In this document: positions 44,650-57,500 of the stretch, piece by piece | How the letters are laid out: every line of letters starts with the position of its first letter | Numbering within the stretch: position 1 is the stretch's first letter | NCBI GenBank assembly: GCA_905178155.1 | Contig: CAJINV010000019.1 | Span: 786,988 to 850,987, forward strand | Source: Amoebophrya sp. A120 | Taxonomy: Eukaryota; Protista; Dinoflagellata | Reading direction: 5' to 3' | Length of the DNA: 64,000 nt | Program-made: the position numbers and the translations under genes | The notes under the pieces: generated by a model | Seen by the model: only the letters and a program-made list of their open reading frames with translations | Databases searched by the model: none | What the model was told of the DNA's origin: nothing

Positions 44650-46166
44650 GGCTTTGATGTAAGCGCTAGACGACGGGATGTGCATCTTCAACATACGAAT
44701 TAGAACAGAAGGAAGGGAAAGACAAAGAAACTTGATTGGAGCAGATTATGTCATCACTTTACGATTATAGATGAAGGTGAAAGAATCAGGAGGGCCACAC
44801 GTCGCTTTTTATTCTATACTGTGTTTATATTGCGGGAAGCAGGGGGGTATATGTAGTCGCTTTTGGTGTACTAGGTGATAGGGTAGAAAATCTTCTCGAG
44901 GGGCGTGCTATAGACCTTCCTGGAAGCGATATGGGCTCGAGCAGCTCGCTCAGCGAATAATAAAATCACACTGGCAAAAATAGCACTACTTGGGACGGCC
45001 GGCATGATAGGAATGAGCTTGTTAGCCTCAGGTCGTGCCACGAAGTTCTGTTATTTATATTTTCAAGGAATTACCCTCAACATTATTTGCGAAATGGAAA
45101 TTCTGTTTTCCATTTTAAGCTGCTACTTATGCAACCGAAACCGATCTTTTTTTTTGTTGAAATCGTATGTATGACTATGAACTATGAAGATCCACCTCTG
45201 GTTGCAGCCTGCCAAAGTAAAGACTTCAGACTCCTTCACCACCAGAGAGGTGTAGGTCAGAGAACAGAGTTCGGCCTCAAGAAGAGTAGAATTTGCGTTG
45301 ACATTGGCAATCAACATCGCCCCTGTTGTTCCTGCTGGCTCCTTCCTTGAAAAATGCAAGGAGCGCGGCGTCGTAGGCTTGTTGAAGACTATCGACCCAT
45401 GAAGAAAACTTTCGTGATGCAAAATCAAGAAGGGGTCCATGGTGCTCAAGTTACAGCAACATGACTCATTGTTTTTTGAAGATGAAGATTGGCAACCGCT
45501 CCTTTACCGACATCAGAATCGAAATTGCGGAGGAGGTGGAGCACCGCGCACCTTTTGTTTTTCACTTTTTCTCGCCCTTTCGTAGTTATTGTATGAATTC
45601 TTTTTGAAAAAATTCTGGCACACATCGATTCTCACTCTTTTGAAAACTAGAAAGAGCATCAACATGTGCAACGTCACTCACTGCTGTGCCAATAGAGTTG
45701 TTTTTTTAATTTGGTTCACACAAAATACTTGCACTTGCACATGCAACAATTTTACAAAAAGTAGTGAAGACTGAGATTCGTAACTACTTGCAATAGAAAA
45801 TACTGAAACTGAAGACCACTGCTCCCGCACCCGCATACATTTGTTGAAAAATTTCTTGGCTTGCGTTTTGGCACACATCGTCCCCATGACGAGTATTATG
45901 AGTACACTACTTACACTACGACAGAAACAACTGCAATGAATCAGCATGACTTGATGAGGTGAAACGTCGTCCGCAGACCGCCACAGATTTCTTGCTGTCA
46001 AGCGTCGTCACATGCGCAGCATGCCGATTGATTTACGTTTGATTTACGTTTGCCCTTGCCCTTCCTCAGCTACAGAAAGCTATGATGGCAATACGAGTAC
46101 GATACTTTTGCACAGGATAGTGACTGGCCGCCGTCGATCCCTCCCGCACGGTAACTTTTATTGCCT

Positions 46167-46426
46167 GATCAAATGCAAAAATGTCTGGGTCTGGAAGAGA
46201 TGGGACTTGTCATGCACATTTTGCATGACCCGTGAGGTCTGTGATGCTGGTGCTAGCATCACAGATTTTTTGAGAGCTTCTTGATGCTAATTACGCATGA
46301 GAAATGCACTCTCCGCGTGCCAAGAGCTGACTCCTCTTGCTGCTCATGCAACACAGATATTTTTAGAATCTGCAGACAGCATTACAAGTTGCATTCTTCC
46401 AGACCCAGACACTTTTACATTTGATA
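46167..46426. mobile_element. Family A element in the duplicated unit (left end GAT, no clean direct repeat)
   Basis: A-type TIRs. Confidence 0.8.
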
Positions 46427-46538
46427 TTCGCTACAGAAAGCTCAAATTCAGGTCGTCCATTTTTTCAAACCGCATCACCATTGCGTGACTGGCTGGCGTC
46501 GATCCCTCCTGCCTTTCGCCCGCTACAGAAAGCTCAAA

Positions 46539-46790
46539 TATCAAATGTAAAAGTGTCTGGGTCTGGAAACTTGTGATGCTGGGTGGCGTCTCATGATGAG
46601 GCCACAAGTGCTGGCTCAACATGACAAGTTTCTGAGCTTCTAGGTGTTGCCTATTCTGCATGACAAACTGCGTTTCTGCATCACAGAAAAACTGGGCTAT
46701 TGGGTGACGTGCATGACAGATTTAAGAGTCATTCCAGACAAGCATGACAAACATGCATTCTTCCACACCCAGACACTTTTGCATTGGATA
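46539..46790. mobile_element. Family A element, duplicate of 47403-47654
   Basis: TIRs; direct repeat tcaaa. Confidence 0.9.
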
Positions 46791-46838
46791 TCAAATTCAG
46801 GTCGTCCATTTTTTCAAACCGCATCACCATTGCGTGAC

Positions 46839-46983
46839 TATGAACTGCAAAAGTATCGCACTCGTATAAATGCATTACAAATTTCCTCAGCATGAGAGAG
46901 AAAATTTGCAATGCGGATTTACCTTAAGACAAAGATTTGTAATGCATGATGGCAATACGAGTACGATACTTTTGCACAGGATA
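46839..46983. mobile_element. Family B element, duplicate of 47703-47851
   Basis: TIRs; perfect direct repeat gtgac. Confidence 0.9.
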
Positions 46984-47030
46984 GTGACTGGCCGCCGTCG
47001 ATCCCTCCCGCACGGTAACTTTTATTGCCT

Positions 47031-47290
47031 GATCAAATGCAAAAATGTCTGGGTCTGGAAGAGATGGGACTTGTCATGCACATTTTGCATGACCCGTGAG
47101 GTCTGTGATGCTGGTGCTAGCATCACAGATTTTTTGAGAGCTTCTTGATGCTAATTACGCATGAGAAATGCACTCTCCGCGTGCCAAGAGCTGACTCCTC
47201 TTGCTGCTCATGCAACACAGATATTTTTAGAATCTGCAGACAGCATTACAAGTTGCATTCTTCCAGACCCAGACACTTTTACATTTGATA
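47031..47290. mobile_element. Family A element, duplicate of 46167-46426
   Basis: A-type TIRs. Confidence 0.8.
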
Positions 47291-47386
47291 TTCGCTACAG
47301 AAAGCTCAAATTCAGGTCGTCCATTTTTTCAAACCGCATCACCATTGCGTGACTGGCTGGCGTCGATCCCTCCTGCCTTTCGCCCG

Positions 47387-49867
47387 CTACAGAAAGCTCA
47401 AATATCAAATGTAAAAGTGTCTGGGTCTGGAAACTTGTGATGCTGGGCGGCGTCTCATGATGAGGCCACAAGTGCTGGCTCAACATGACAAGTTTCTGAG
47501 CTTCTAGGTGTTGCCTATTCTGCATGACAAACTGCGTTTCTGCATCACAGAAAAACTGGGCTATTGGGTGACGTGCATGACAGATTTGAGAGTCATTCCA
47601 GACAAGCATGACAAACATGCATTCTTCCACACCCAGACACTTTTGCATTGGATATCAAATTCAGGTCGTCCATTTTTTCAAACCGCATCACCATTGCGTG
47701 ACTATGAACTGCAAATAGGTATCGCACTCGTATAAATGCATTACAAATTTCCTCAGCATGAGAGAGAAAATTTGCAATGCGGATTTACCTTAAGACAAAG
47801 ATTTGTAATGCATGATGGCAATACGAGTATCAGATACTTTTGCACAGGATACTGACTGGCCGCCGTCGATCCCTCCTGCACGGTAACTTTGATTGCCTCA
47901 TGTTGGTCCTGAACGTCAGCAGCATGTGGGCCCTGATGCGGTGCTGGTGTTCTGCTACCAGGTGGTCCGTCTGAAGATGCTCTTGCAACACTACCTAGAG
48001 CAGGACGTGGTCGAATGACATACCCGCTACCCACCGCATCTCGTAAAAACTTCAGCATTTTTGTATTTCGTTGGCCGTAGGGAACGAGAATCGCAACGTA
48101 GGCTGCAATTGGCTCACTTCTTCCAGTTGCAGCACGACTAGTTGTTCCGGTGCCGGCAACCTCCACATCTTCGTCCAGCTTCAGCAACTGCGCCCAGTTT
48201 TCCAGTAATCTTTTCGCGGATTGGTCCGACACCAGAAACCCACCGCACGTCTTCCTCCCCTGCTGGTCACAGTCGCACAGCATGTCCTGGAGAAACAGCA
48301 GGGACACTTGGTTCTCCAGCTCGGGCAGGACACAGCAGGAACTGGCGCTTCTACACTGCTCGCCTGCCGTGTTCATTACGTCAAACCGTTCTTGCGAGGA
48401 CCTCTTTTCTTCTCCTTCGCAGCTTAGGCAGAACTTTTTGTTGTCCAGAATCAAATCTAAGCTGCTTCTGCTGTATCTCTTCGTCAACCCGGTTCTGATG
48501 TGGCGGATATTGGAAGAGGGCGCAAACATCAGCTGCTCGCTCTGATTCACGTTTCCACATGGGCACAATTGTTCCATCGGCGAGAGTTGCGGGACACCGC
48601 CAACGTCCAGGAGGTAAAAGGTGGACTTTTTCTGTTTATCGTCCCCATCCTGCAACACACGATGATGATCCTGGGGACCACCACCATAATAGTGCCTCTC
48701 CACCCAACGCTGAATCCGGACCGACAGATCTTCGAAAGGACGACCGTAGTAGCCCACACTAGTATCCGTTGCTCGTTTCGCAAGCACCAAGCCGCGAGAA
48801 AAATCAGTCGCAGGCCTGACACTTTTATGCTCCTCGTCCGCTGTGCCAAGCAGGGCGTCCAGCAGGGCTGAGAGTGGATCTTGCAGTTCGGGCACCTCTT
48901 CTTGGTCCTCAGCCAAAGAAACTCTTGAAGATGGCAGCGCTGGCGGAAGGTCTGTCTCGTCCTGGTAAACAGCAGTTGCAAAAAACGGAGATATTGAAGA
49001 TTTTCCAAGTTCTTGTAGATCGTCTGTCTCACTAGATGAGTCTTCAGGAGATGAAACTTCGCGGCCAGTCTGCGTCATGCCGCAAAAAGCAGATTGCTGG
49101 ATTCTTGTTGATGAGACCACAGGACCACACTCCGCCTCTGCTTGTCGTGAAGACGAGGACGCTTTGCGCTTGTTGCCACCGCGAGTGCTGCTTCTACTTC
49201 TCTTACTACTCCTAGAACTTCTATTCGAAGTTTGCCGACAAAAGGCCGCCGCCGCCCCTAAAATCGGCGGTGCTTTTCCGTCTAAGACTTCCGAAGATGA
49301 GGCTTCGTCGCTGCTAGCGGAGGGAAGGGCGGTGGATTTCGTGAGTTTTCGCGTATCGTGGTCGGATTTGAACTCATCGTCTTCGTTGGCACTACCTTCA
49401 ACATGATCTTCCCCGAGCACATGCCACGAAGAACCAATCGCACCCGCATGTTGCGACGTCACTGAAGATGGAGTTCTAGTGGAGACCGAGCCGAAACTGC
49501 GGTGGCGCCGGAGAAAATTATCCGCGGGGGATGATGAGACACTTAGTACTTGTTCGGGTTGATATTCATGGTAGGTAGGAGCTGCGGGCACACCACGGGG
49601 CCCGATCGGCAACCATTTTGATACTTTGCTGGAGGTTGCGCTTTGCTCCTCGTCGACTTCTCGTGTTGCGGCTCCTGACCAGGGCTGTTGTTGGGCGGAC
49701 ACTGGAGGGGCAGGCATTTCTTTAGATGAGCCAGGGATTTTCGTTTGCGCTGCAGAGACCGCTCGGAAAAGAAGGCACGGGGTGGTGGTCGTGTCCCGCC
49801 TGAACGCGACGGCGATAACTGCAATGAAGGACCGTGTCGCCCGGCGAAATGTTGACATCTTGTTCAT
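47387..49867 (-). CDS. Hypothetical protein (hydrophobic N-terminus, Ser-rich region, possible SAM-methyltransferase-like domain); 3 exons ending DDLNLSFL*
   Basis: 704-codon ORF plus two short exons across introners; FYLLDVGG resembles methyltransferase motif I (weak). Confidence 0.65.
47403..47654. mobile_element. Introner family A
   Basis: TIRs; perfect direct repeat tcaaa; empty site visible at 47293-47375. Confidence 0.95.
47703..47851. mobile_element. Introner family B
   Basis: TIRs; direct repeat gtgac/ctgac; empty site visible at 47293-47375. Confidence 0.95.
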
Positions 49868-50441
49868 CTTGGTCCTAAATAGAAGGTGTACAGGTTTTTT
49901 AAAGGAAGTTCTGGGGGGGGTTACATTACTCTAGTACTAGTAGCTCTGAAGAAACACCAAAGTAGACACTAACTGTTCAATATGTAAATGAAATTCGAAC
50001 TACAAGGAAGCGGGATGAACCCACACGTCTTTTCTACTCAAAAACTCATGGTTGCAACAGAAACGATACTGCCGAAAAGTCATATAAAATCTTTATCATA
50101 CATTGGCGGCAATTTCACAGTTCAACTTTCGTTTTCCTCCATCACTGCATGCGATTCTTGAAAAAAGCCGGTTTTGAGTAGTTTGAACGCAACATCATAA
50201 AAAAGCAGCTCGCATGAAGCAGAAGTACGCCTGATCCTTTCTCTAGCGGTGACCACATACTTCTGGAGCGAGACAGCTAATTCTAGAACAGGCAGGCATC
50301 TTGGGATCGTTCCTTTCACCACTACCAGTTTCATCAGTGCCTTGCTGTCACTGCGAGGAGAAATTTTGAATCTTCGTGTAGTCATTTTTTGTGCAGTATC
50401 AGTTGTAAACATTCTTACTTAAGGACATAGCGAGGCCTTCA

Positions 50442-53400
50442 TCAAACTCGATTTTTTCCGCGATAATCAACATCTGTTTCTTTTTCATAGGGTGCTTCAT
50501 CATCTTCTTCGTCTTTCTCTTTTTCCACACAACAAAACGGATCGCAGGAGGACGCCTCATCACCCTCCTGCGGCCCGAGAATCCACGGGTGGTAGTAAAA
50601 CGCGGGGACTACACGTCGACCACGACGATCATGATTCGCTTGCAGTGCCGTAGATGTCACTTTCATCTTGTTTGGATTGCAAGTTTTCGCGCCCCCAGGA
50701 CTCATCTTTTCGTTTTCTCCGACGACATTATCACTCCTCGCATACAACTTTCTGCCGCGAGCTGAAGGTCTCGATCCCTTGCTTGGGGTGGAGTCCGCAT
50801 GGTTAATATCCGCTTCGTTCATGCCATTCACGTGCAGCTCATCTGCGGTGTTGCGGTTCTTGTCCTGATTGTCTTCTTCATCAACCCCAACGACAAGGTC
50901 TTCTCCACCAGCACCCCCAGCAGATGAAATCGACCCGCAATTCATCACGACAACTTCCTCCGCCTCCCCGCGCATGTTCCCGTTTCTTAAGCGGGTCCTA
51001 CACCAGCGCAAAGGGCAGAAAAAAGCGACAAGATTCAGTCTCCACCCCCGGCTGAACGGAGAGCCTTTCGCTTGTTTGAAGTCCTTCAAATATGTGACTT
51101 TGTGCCACGTATGCATTGCAAATATATCTGGGTCTGGAAGAGTGTAAACTTGTCATGCAGGTTTTCGATGACCCTTGAGGTCTGGAATGCGGGACCTGCC
51201 ATGACAGAGTCTGTGAGGTCTCTAACTCTATCATGCCTATCCTGCATGAGAAACTCCCTCCCATCTTGGTCGAAAGTGGACAGCTTTTGGCAGTCATGCA
51301 ACACAGATTTTTGCATGATTCGGATTTAGCATGACAAGTTGCAATCTTCCAGACCCAGACATTTTTGCAATCCATACCACGTCGTCGCCTCCCAGGTGGT
51401 GAGGTTCGCGAAAACCAAATAGGTTTGAAACCCGAGCAACGCGCCCACCATCAAAAGGAACACAAGCACCAGCGTAACAGCGGTCATCAGGAGGAGAAAC
51501 GGCGTGCGCATTCCGGCCAGTTGTGCTTGGACGATTGCAGTACCAATAGTACTAGAGGATGCTGCTCCTGGTGCTCGTGCTCCTATGTGCGGCGTGAGAA
51601 CATTTGCAGGTGCCAATGTGTGCTGGTGGAACTGGTCACCGTAGTACGGTACTGAGGTCGACATCAAACCTTTGTGATCATCCAGTCCTCGGACTAAAGC
51701 ACTTGCAGAAGACGCTGATGCTCCTAACATCAAACTGCTTGGGTGAACTACGGGTGAAATACCTGCGCTCGACACCGCTCCCGTGGCTGCGGCTGACATC
51801 CCCCGTCCATGCAGCATTTTCCCGGCCAGATTGCTCGCGTGGTCACTGTATCAACTGTAAAAATATCTGGGTCTGGAAGAATTCATGTTTGTCATGCTTG
51901 TCTGGCATGAGTCTTAAATCTGTCATGCACGTTACCCAAGAGCTCCGTTTTTCTGTGATGCAGAAGCGCAGTTTGTCATGCAGAGTAGGCAACACCTAGG
52001 AGGAGCTCAGAAACTTGTCATGCTGATCCAGCATTTGTAGCCTCATCATGAGACGCCACCCAGCAACAGCATCACAAGTTTCCGGACCCAGACATTTTTA
52101 CTTTTGATACACTGTAAGATGAACCCGTGTTGTACACCGTTTTTCTGGGCCTAGCGGTCGCACTGGTGATCCCACGACCGGATGAACTGAGCCAGGATTT
52201 CGGCCGAAAAGCGTAAATCACCAGCGCCTTCAATCCGTAAAACAAAAACTGGAGCAATTCGAGGAACTGGAAGAAGAGAAAAAAGTAGAACGATCTCCGG
52301 TTCCATTCCCCGACACAATTGCCAATCCAAGGACAGTAGTGATCATACAGCAATACGCACCGCTTGCTGTCCCGACAGTGCTTGCTGCGCAAGGGCTGGT
52401 ACAGCTCGCAAATCTCGCAGTAGCGGAGACCGTTTGCGTTTGATGCGGGCTCCTTGTGCTGGATCTTTCTTCCCATTTCTTCGTGGTCCAGACTGCCAAC
52501 GGGCGGTGCCTGCTTGGCTTTCGTCAGACTGGATGCAGGTCGGATGACGTCGCTATCTTCATCTGCGTCGATTTGTGTATGGAAAAAAATGTCGAAGTCG
52601 CTATTGACCTGTTTCATCTCGGCCTGATTGACATTGATGTCGGCGTGCAGACAACTACTGCTCCCATGTATCATCAGAAATCATTCTGCCGAACAACTGG
52701 AACTGTATACATTTCAGCTCGTCGTCGTTTTGAAATTCAATCATAGTGCTTGTGACGGTACTAACACTGAGACTGACGGTGAGTAGGAGTACTAGTTGCC
52801 ATGAAGAAATATAGCTACCGCACCACAGGTCGTCGACAACAGATTGTTCTACTCGATTCATACAGCGCCGCTCGATGGGGTTTCCGCATCTGCAGCGGCG
52901 GTTAATACTATCCCCGCCGTAGTTGCCGTTGCCCTCTCCCTGAAGCGGTTGGCGTCCATGTCGAGCACGACATGTTCTTGATCCGCCTCGTGGGTCATTT
53001 CTGTAAGCTCCAGCTCGCCCCCCGGTCCACTTGTTATACGTGTTCTTCCAGGCGAAAGTGCATGTAGCTTTCCCTCGCCGGTGTCCTGGCTCCTCGCGAC
53101 CACGTCGTCCACATGATCATCCTCGACAACCGCGACAAGCTCGTAATTATGCTTCGACGTTCCATCAAGATGTTGCGGCGGTCCTCTCGTAGTACGGTGC
53201 ACCAGCATGCCCAAAAGAATCAGAAACGGGTTCACGCCCCCACTTCCCACGGTCGGAAAGTTTTGCGTCGGGACAAAGCCCGGATCCGCCCAACTGGCGG
53301 AAAAATAGAAGAAAATGGTCAAGAGCATCAAGGGAAGCCAGGGAGGTAGTACGACGTCTATTTGTGGTAGAGGAAAGAAGAAACTAAGCAGGTGGTCGTG

Positions 53401-53925
53401 CACGTGCTCGTGGTCAAGATCACCATAGGCAGCTTCCTCTGCTTTCAAGTGAGTCATTCGGCCTCCTGCTTGAACAAGTCCCGTGGTTGCAATATGCTGG
53501 GTCCTCGTGGGCGACGCTGGGTTCCTGCTCGCAATCTGATTGTCTCCCATAATTCCAACACGTCGCCCAGATACATTTCCATCTATGTTGAGTTTTGGTG
53601 CAGGTGAAGGTCTGGCGTACAAAATTGCCAAAGCAATGCCGAAATGAAGAGTCATCACGCAAACGGGTGCGACAATCCGCTCGTTCTCGAAGAGGGACGC
53701 AATTTTGTTCGAGACACAAGTAAAGCCCTTGATAGCCGCGGGGGCTGTCTGGGAAGCAGCACGGCCAGGCTTTTCCGACATGATTTTGCTTTTACTCATG
53801 GCAGGAAACAAGGTAGAACCAATTACATCAAGGTACACAGAAGCTGCAACTCTTCTGTGAGTCGGGATCTTTGCAAGTTTTCGGTGGCAGAGCTCCTGCA
53901 GCTCTACTTCCAACGTGCTCGCCAC
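50442..53925 (-). CDS. DHHC-family S-palmitoyltransferase (DHYC variant); about 4 exons
   Basis: ADPGFVP; YCEICELYQPLRSKHCRDSKRCVLLYDHYCPWIGNCVGEWNRRSF; NLTTWE; SPFSRGWRLNL; four hydrophobic segments. Confidence 0.92.
51110..51376. mobile_element. Introner family A
   Basis: TIRs; perfect direct repeat ccacg. Confidence 0.92.
51849..52109. mobile_element. Introner family A
   Basis: TIRs; perfect direct repeat cactg. Confidence 0.92.
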
Positions 53926-54530
53926 GACTTGTTCGCAGATGAAGGTGTGAGGAACCTTGTTGCTGCTCGCTGCCGGCCCTTGCGTTCCTCTCCGGCAGGG
54001 TTATGTGTCATGATCTTCAGAAAAATGCGCGAAAAAGAAAAACCCAACCCCTAGTACACTTTCAACAACGCCACCAACACAACAGCACTGATGAGGTGTT
54101 TGGAGGTGGTTGTTTGTCCTCTGATATTTTTCTGCCTGTTCCTGTACTTGTCCTCGAGCCATAGTATCTTTCGGACCCACTTTATTACTTAAGTTCAATC
54201 AAGATCGCCAATCATAGCGTCTCATCATGCTTGTACGGTTCTTTGTCTTTCGCGAGGATTTCAACAAAAAGAAAAGTCATGAAATTGAAAGACGTCGCAG
54301 CTTATATTTACTTTTCCACTTCTCATGCACTTGTACTATTTGACTTTGACTTACTGTCTTCAAAATTACTCTTAAACTGGTTCAGCTTTAGGCTGTCTAT
54401 GAAAAGAGAAAAGAAATATTGACCACATAACGAAAGCTAGCGCTTTTTGCAAGCGCTTTTAAAGAATAAAGGTATTAATTCGTGCAAGAGCAAGACAAAA
54501 TATTCCACCTCGAAAAACACAACTCCGCCA

Positions 54531-57500
54531 TCATCTCCAAGCCATCACATTTCCATTCCCGATCCCGCCCCCACCCGCTGTTGGCGTTGCGCTGCTATTC
54601 CCATTGCTGTAGTTGCCCGTGTTGCTCCGGCCTCGCGCGCCGCCGCTCAAGCTCTTCCGCATCTCGGCAATGGAATTGGGAATCGGAATCGCGCTGCTGA
54701 TGCTGTTATGAACTGCAAATATGTCTGGGTCTGGAAGAGTCCTCGGGGCTTGTCATGCACATGTTGCATGACCCGTCAGGTCTGTGATGCTGGTGCTAGC
54801 ATCACAGATTCTTTGAGAGCTTCTTGATGCTAATTACGCATGACAAATGCCCTCTCCGCGTGCCAAGAACTGACTCCTCTTGCTGCTCATGCAACACAGG
54901 TATTTTTAGAATCCGCAGACAGCATTACAAGTTCCACTCTTCCAGACCCAGATGACATTTTTGCATTTGATAGCTGTTGTAGCTGCCGATGAGTTGCTTC
55001 GGCGAACTGTTTGACGGTGACATCGCGCGCTATCCTGTGCAAAAGTATCGTAGTCGTACTCATTGCAGTATATGCATGACAAATCTTCTTTTCAAAGTAA
55101 AACAGCATGACAAATTCCATTTCTCATGCTGAGCAAATTTGTATATGCAATTCGCACTAGTAGGATACTTTTGCAGTTCATACGCGCGGCGGGGCAACAT
55201 CAATCCCCGACGGCACAGTTATTGGCGTGATCGTATGATGAGGATCATGGTGTAGCAGTCCATGATCCGCTCCTGCTCCCGCCCTGTACGCCGCCCCAGC
55301 ACTGGACGTGGTGTTTCCCAACGCTCGCGGCGGCGGGGGCTGGGGCTCCAACGGGGGATAAGGGGAGTTGGAAATAATTTTCGGCGCCGGGGTTGCAGCG
55401 CGCGTCAGAAGATGATCAGTGGTTGATGTGCTGCCCCCGAAGATGTTGTTGTTCATACGACTACTAGAAGATCCTGGTCCGACTACATGATTAATCTCAT
55501 CGGAAGTTGTACCACCTTGCTGGTGTTGCAGGTGTTTCGCAGCATGGGAATTCGCGCCGGGAGTCGTCGTGCTTTGGGAAGTAGAAAAACCTCCTGTCAG
55601 TGTTCCGGTCGTGCTGTTTTGTTTGCCTAGCAGAGCGGCATAGACGTTTTCCCGAGGAGGTTGATGTGGTTGGTGAGCACCGGTTTGTGCTTGAAGATGA
55701 TGTCCCGGCAAAAAATAGGAACTGTGTCGTGCCTGCTTTAGTGACCCGTCAACTAGTACATGATCCGCGACGCCTTTGGTAGTTTCTCCCCCGGTCCCTT
55801 GCGGTCGGGAAGTCGTCATCACAGAATTATTGTGTGGTCGCAACGGTTGGGGACGGTCGTTCTCGTAGTCATTCATCACGGCCATTCGTTTGCTGTAGGA
55901 CGACGAGTTGCAGCTGCTGGGGGCAACAGCAGCGGCCGTCTGGAAAGTGGGGTTATAGGAATGCAAACTGTTCGGCTGGTGGCAGCTACTCCGTGGTGGA
56001 CTTGAAATGTTATGTGCTGTTATTCCGTTGATGTTTTCACGAGTACCTCCCCCTACTCCCGTGCAGCTGTCAGCGTAAACAATGTTCCTTTCCCCTGTCG
56101 TAGGAAGATGATCAGAAGATGTTCTGCCAAAACTCACACTATTCCGGTTACAGCTCGCACTGAAATTTCCGCTCGTTCTTGTCGGCGAGGGAGACCGGGG
56201 AACCGCGTTTGCGGCGAGACTCTCCGCGAAACCGACACCAACAGCATTTAGGGCGGCGGTGTTTGTTCTTGCAGTAGGGCTACTAGAAGAACCTCTGCCG
56301 GTTGTACTAAGATTGTTGTTGTTCGAACTATTATTGTTCGACGCCCCGTTATTTGTTATCATCCCCGCCTCGTAACTGTTTGCAGCAGCTGAAGCCGGTC
56401 GGTTTTTCGGCGAGTTCGGATTCTGCTGGCCGCTGGGCATACCATCATGGTTCATTATCATTCCACCACCTCCAGGCGAGGATGATGAACTTTGGTTCGG
56501 CACGTAGTTCTCAAAATGCGCACCGCCCGCATGCACCACGTTCATGTTCCTCCTCGTCGGGGGCCGCCGTGCGGTCACCCGCCGGGTGATGATTGGAACT
56601 TGGGATGGTGCTCCGCCAGGCGGTTGAGGTTGGTGCTGAAGTAGATTGTGTGTCGGTCGTTCTCCTCGCACATGCCGCTGTTGGTGTCCTGGCTGTCCCT
56701 GAAGACCGGCAGTGGAGGGCCTCGCAGTGCCGTTGCCGGCAGTTGCACGCATGGAGGTCTTGTGCGGCGAAAGTTGTTGCTGCTGCTGTTGCTGCTCTCC
56801 TACTCGCCCAGTCGCTGCACGATTCGCCGAGTTATTCCTGGCACTACGACGACGAGACGATTGACTTTGACGCTCTTGTAAATGCTGTTCCATACTACTA
56901 GTCCCAGCTGCATAAGTAGGACCTGCTTTGTTTCCACCCAGCACCTGCTCGTGGTAGCTCGTATAATGCCGGGCCCCTGTACTAGCTGGTGTGGTCGTGG
57001 TCAGGGCTACTGCGCCGGCGGATTGCGACCGTGTTTTTTGTAGCGGCTGCTGCGCACCAGGATGTTGGCCTTCGTCTTCTTGTTCTCTGTCAAAGTTATT
57101 CATCTCCCAAGATGATGAACCTCCTCCAAAAACCGCAGCACCACCTTGTTCATCGAGAAATAGCTCGTGGTCTTCGATTTTCAAATTTTCAAATTCGTCG
57201 CCGCCGCATCCGCCGAAAAAGCCCACATTCGCGAAAGCGCTCGCCGGCATGCTGTAGCGGTTGTTTCGGGGAATCTGCTTGCTGGTCGTGTTCGGAGAAA
57301 ACCAAATTTGCTGATCCACATAGTGATTGCCATGACAAGTGGTATCTGGACAATGATTTTCATTGTGCTGATTCAGCATCGGTGGTGCTGTCGCGAAATA
57401 GTTGTTGTTTCGGGTGTAGGGAATGATCGGGGTTGTCAAGCCCCCTTTGATATTGCTGTGTGAAGCTGATGAAGTACGAGTCGCCCGCCCCGCATGTTTT

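Larger units (their letters stand above)
46082..47900. repeat. 864-bp tandem duplication (2 units plus a partial) of the 3' end of the 47387-49867 gene, including introners
   Basis: Near-identical sequence at offset 864 (e.g. ORFs 46297/47161, 46644/47508) with a few SNPs. Confidence 0.95.
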
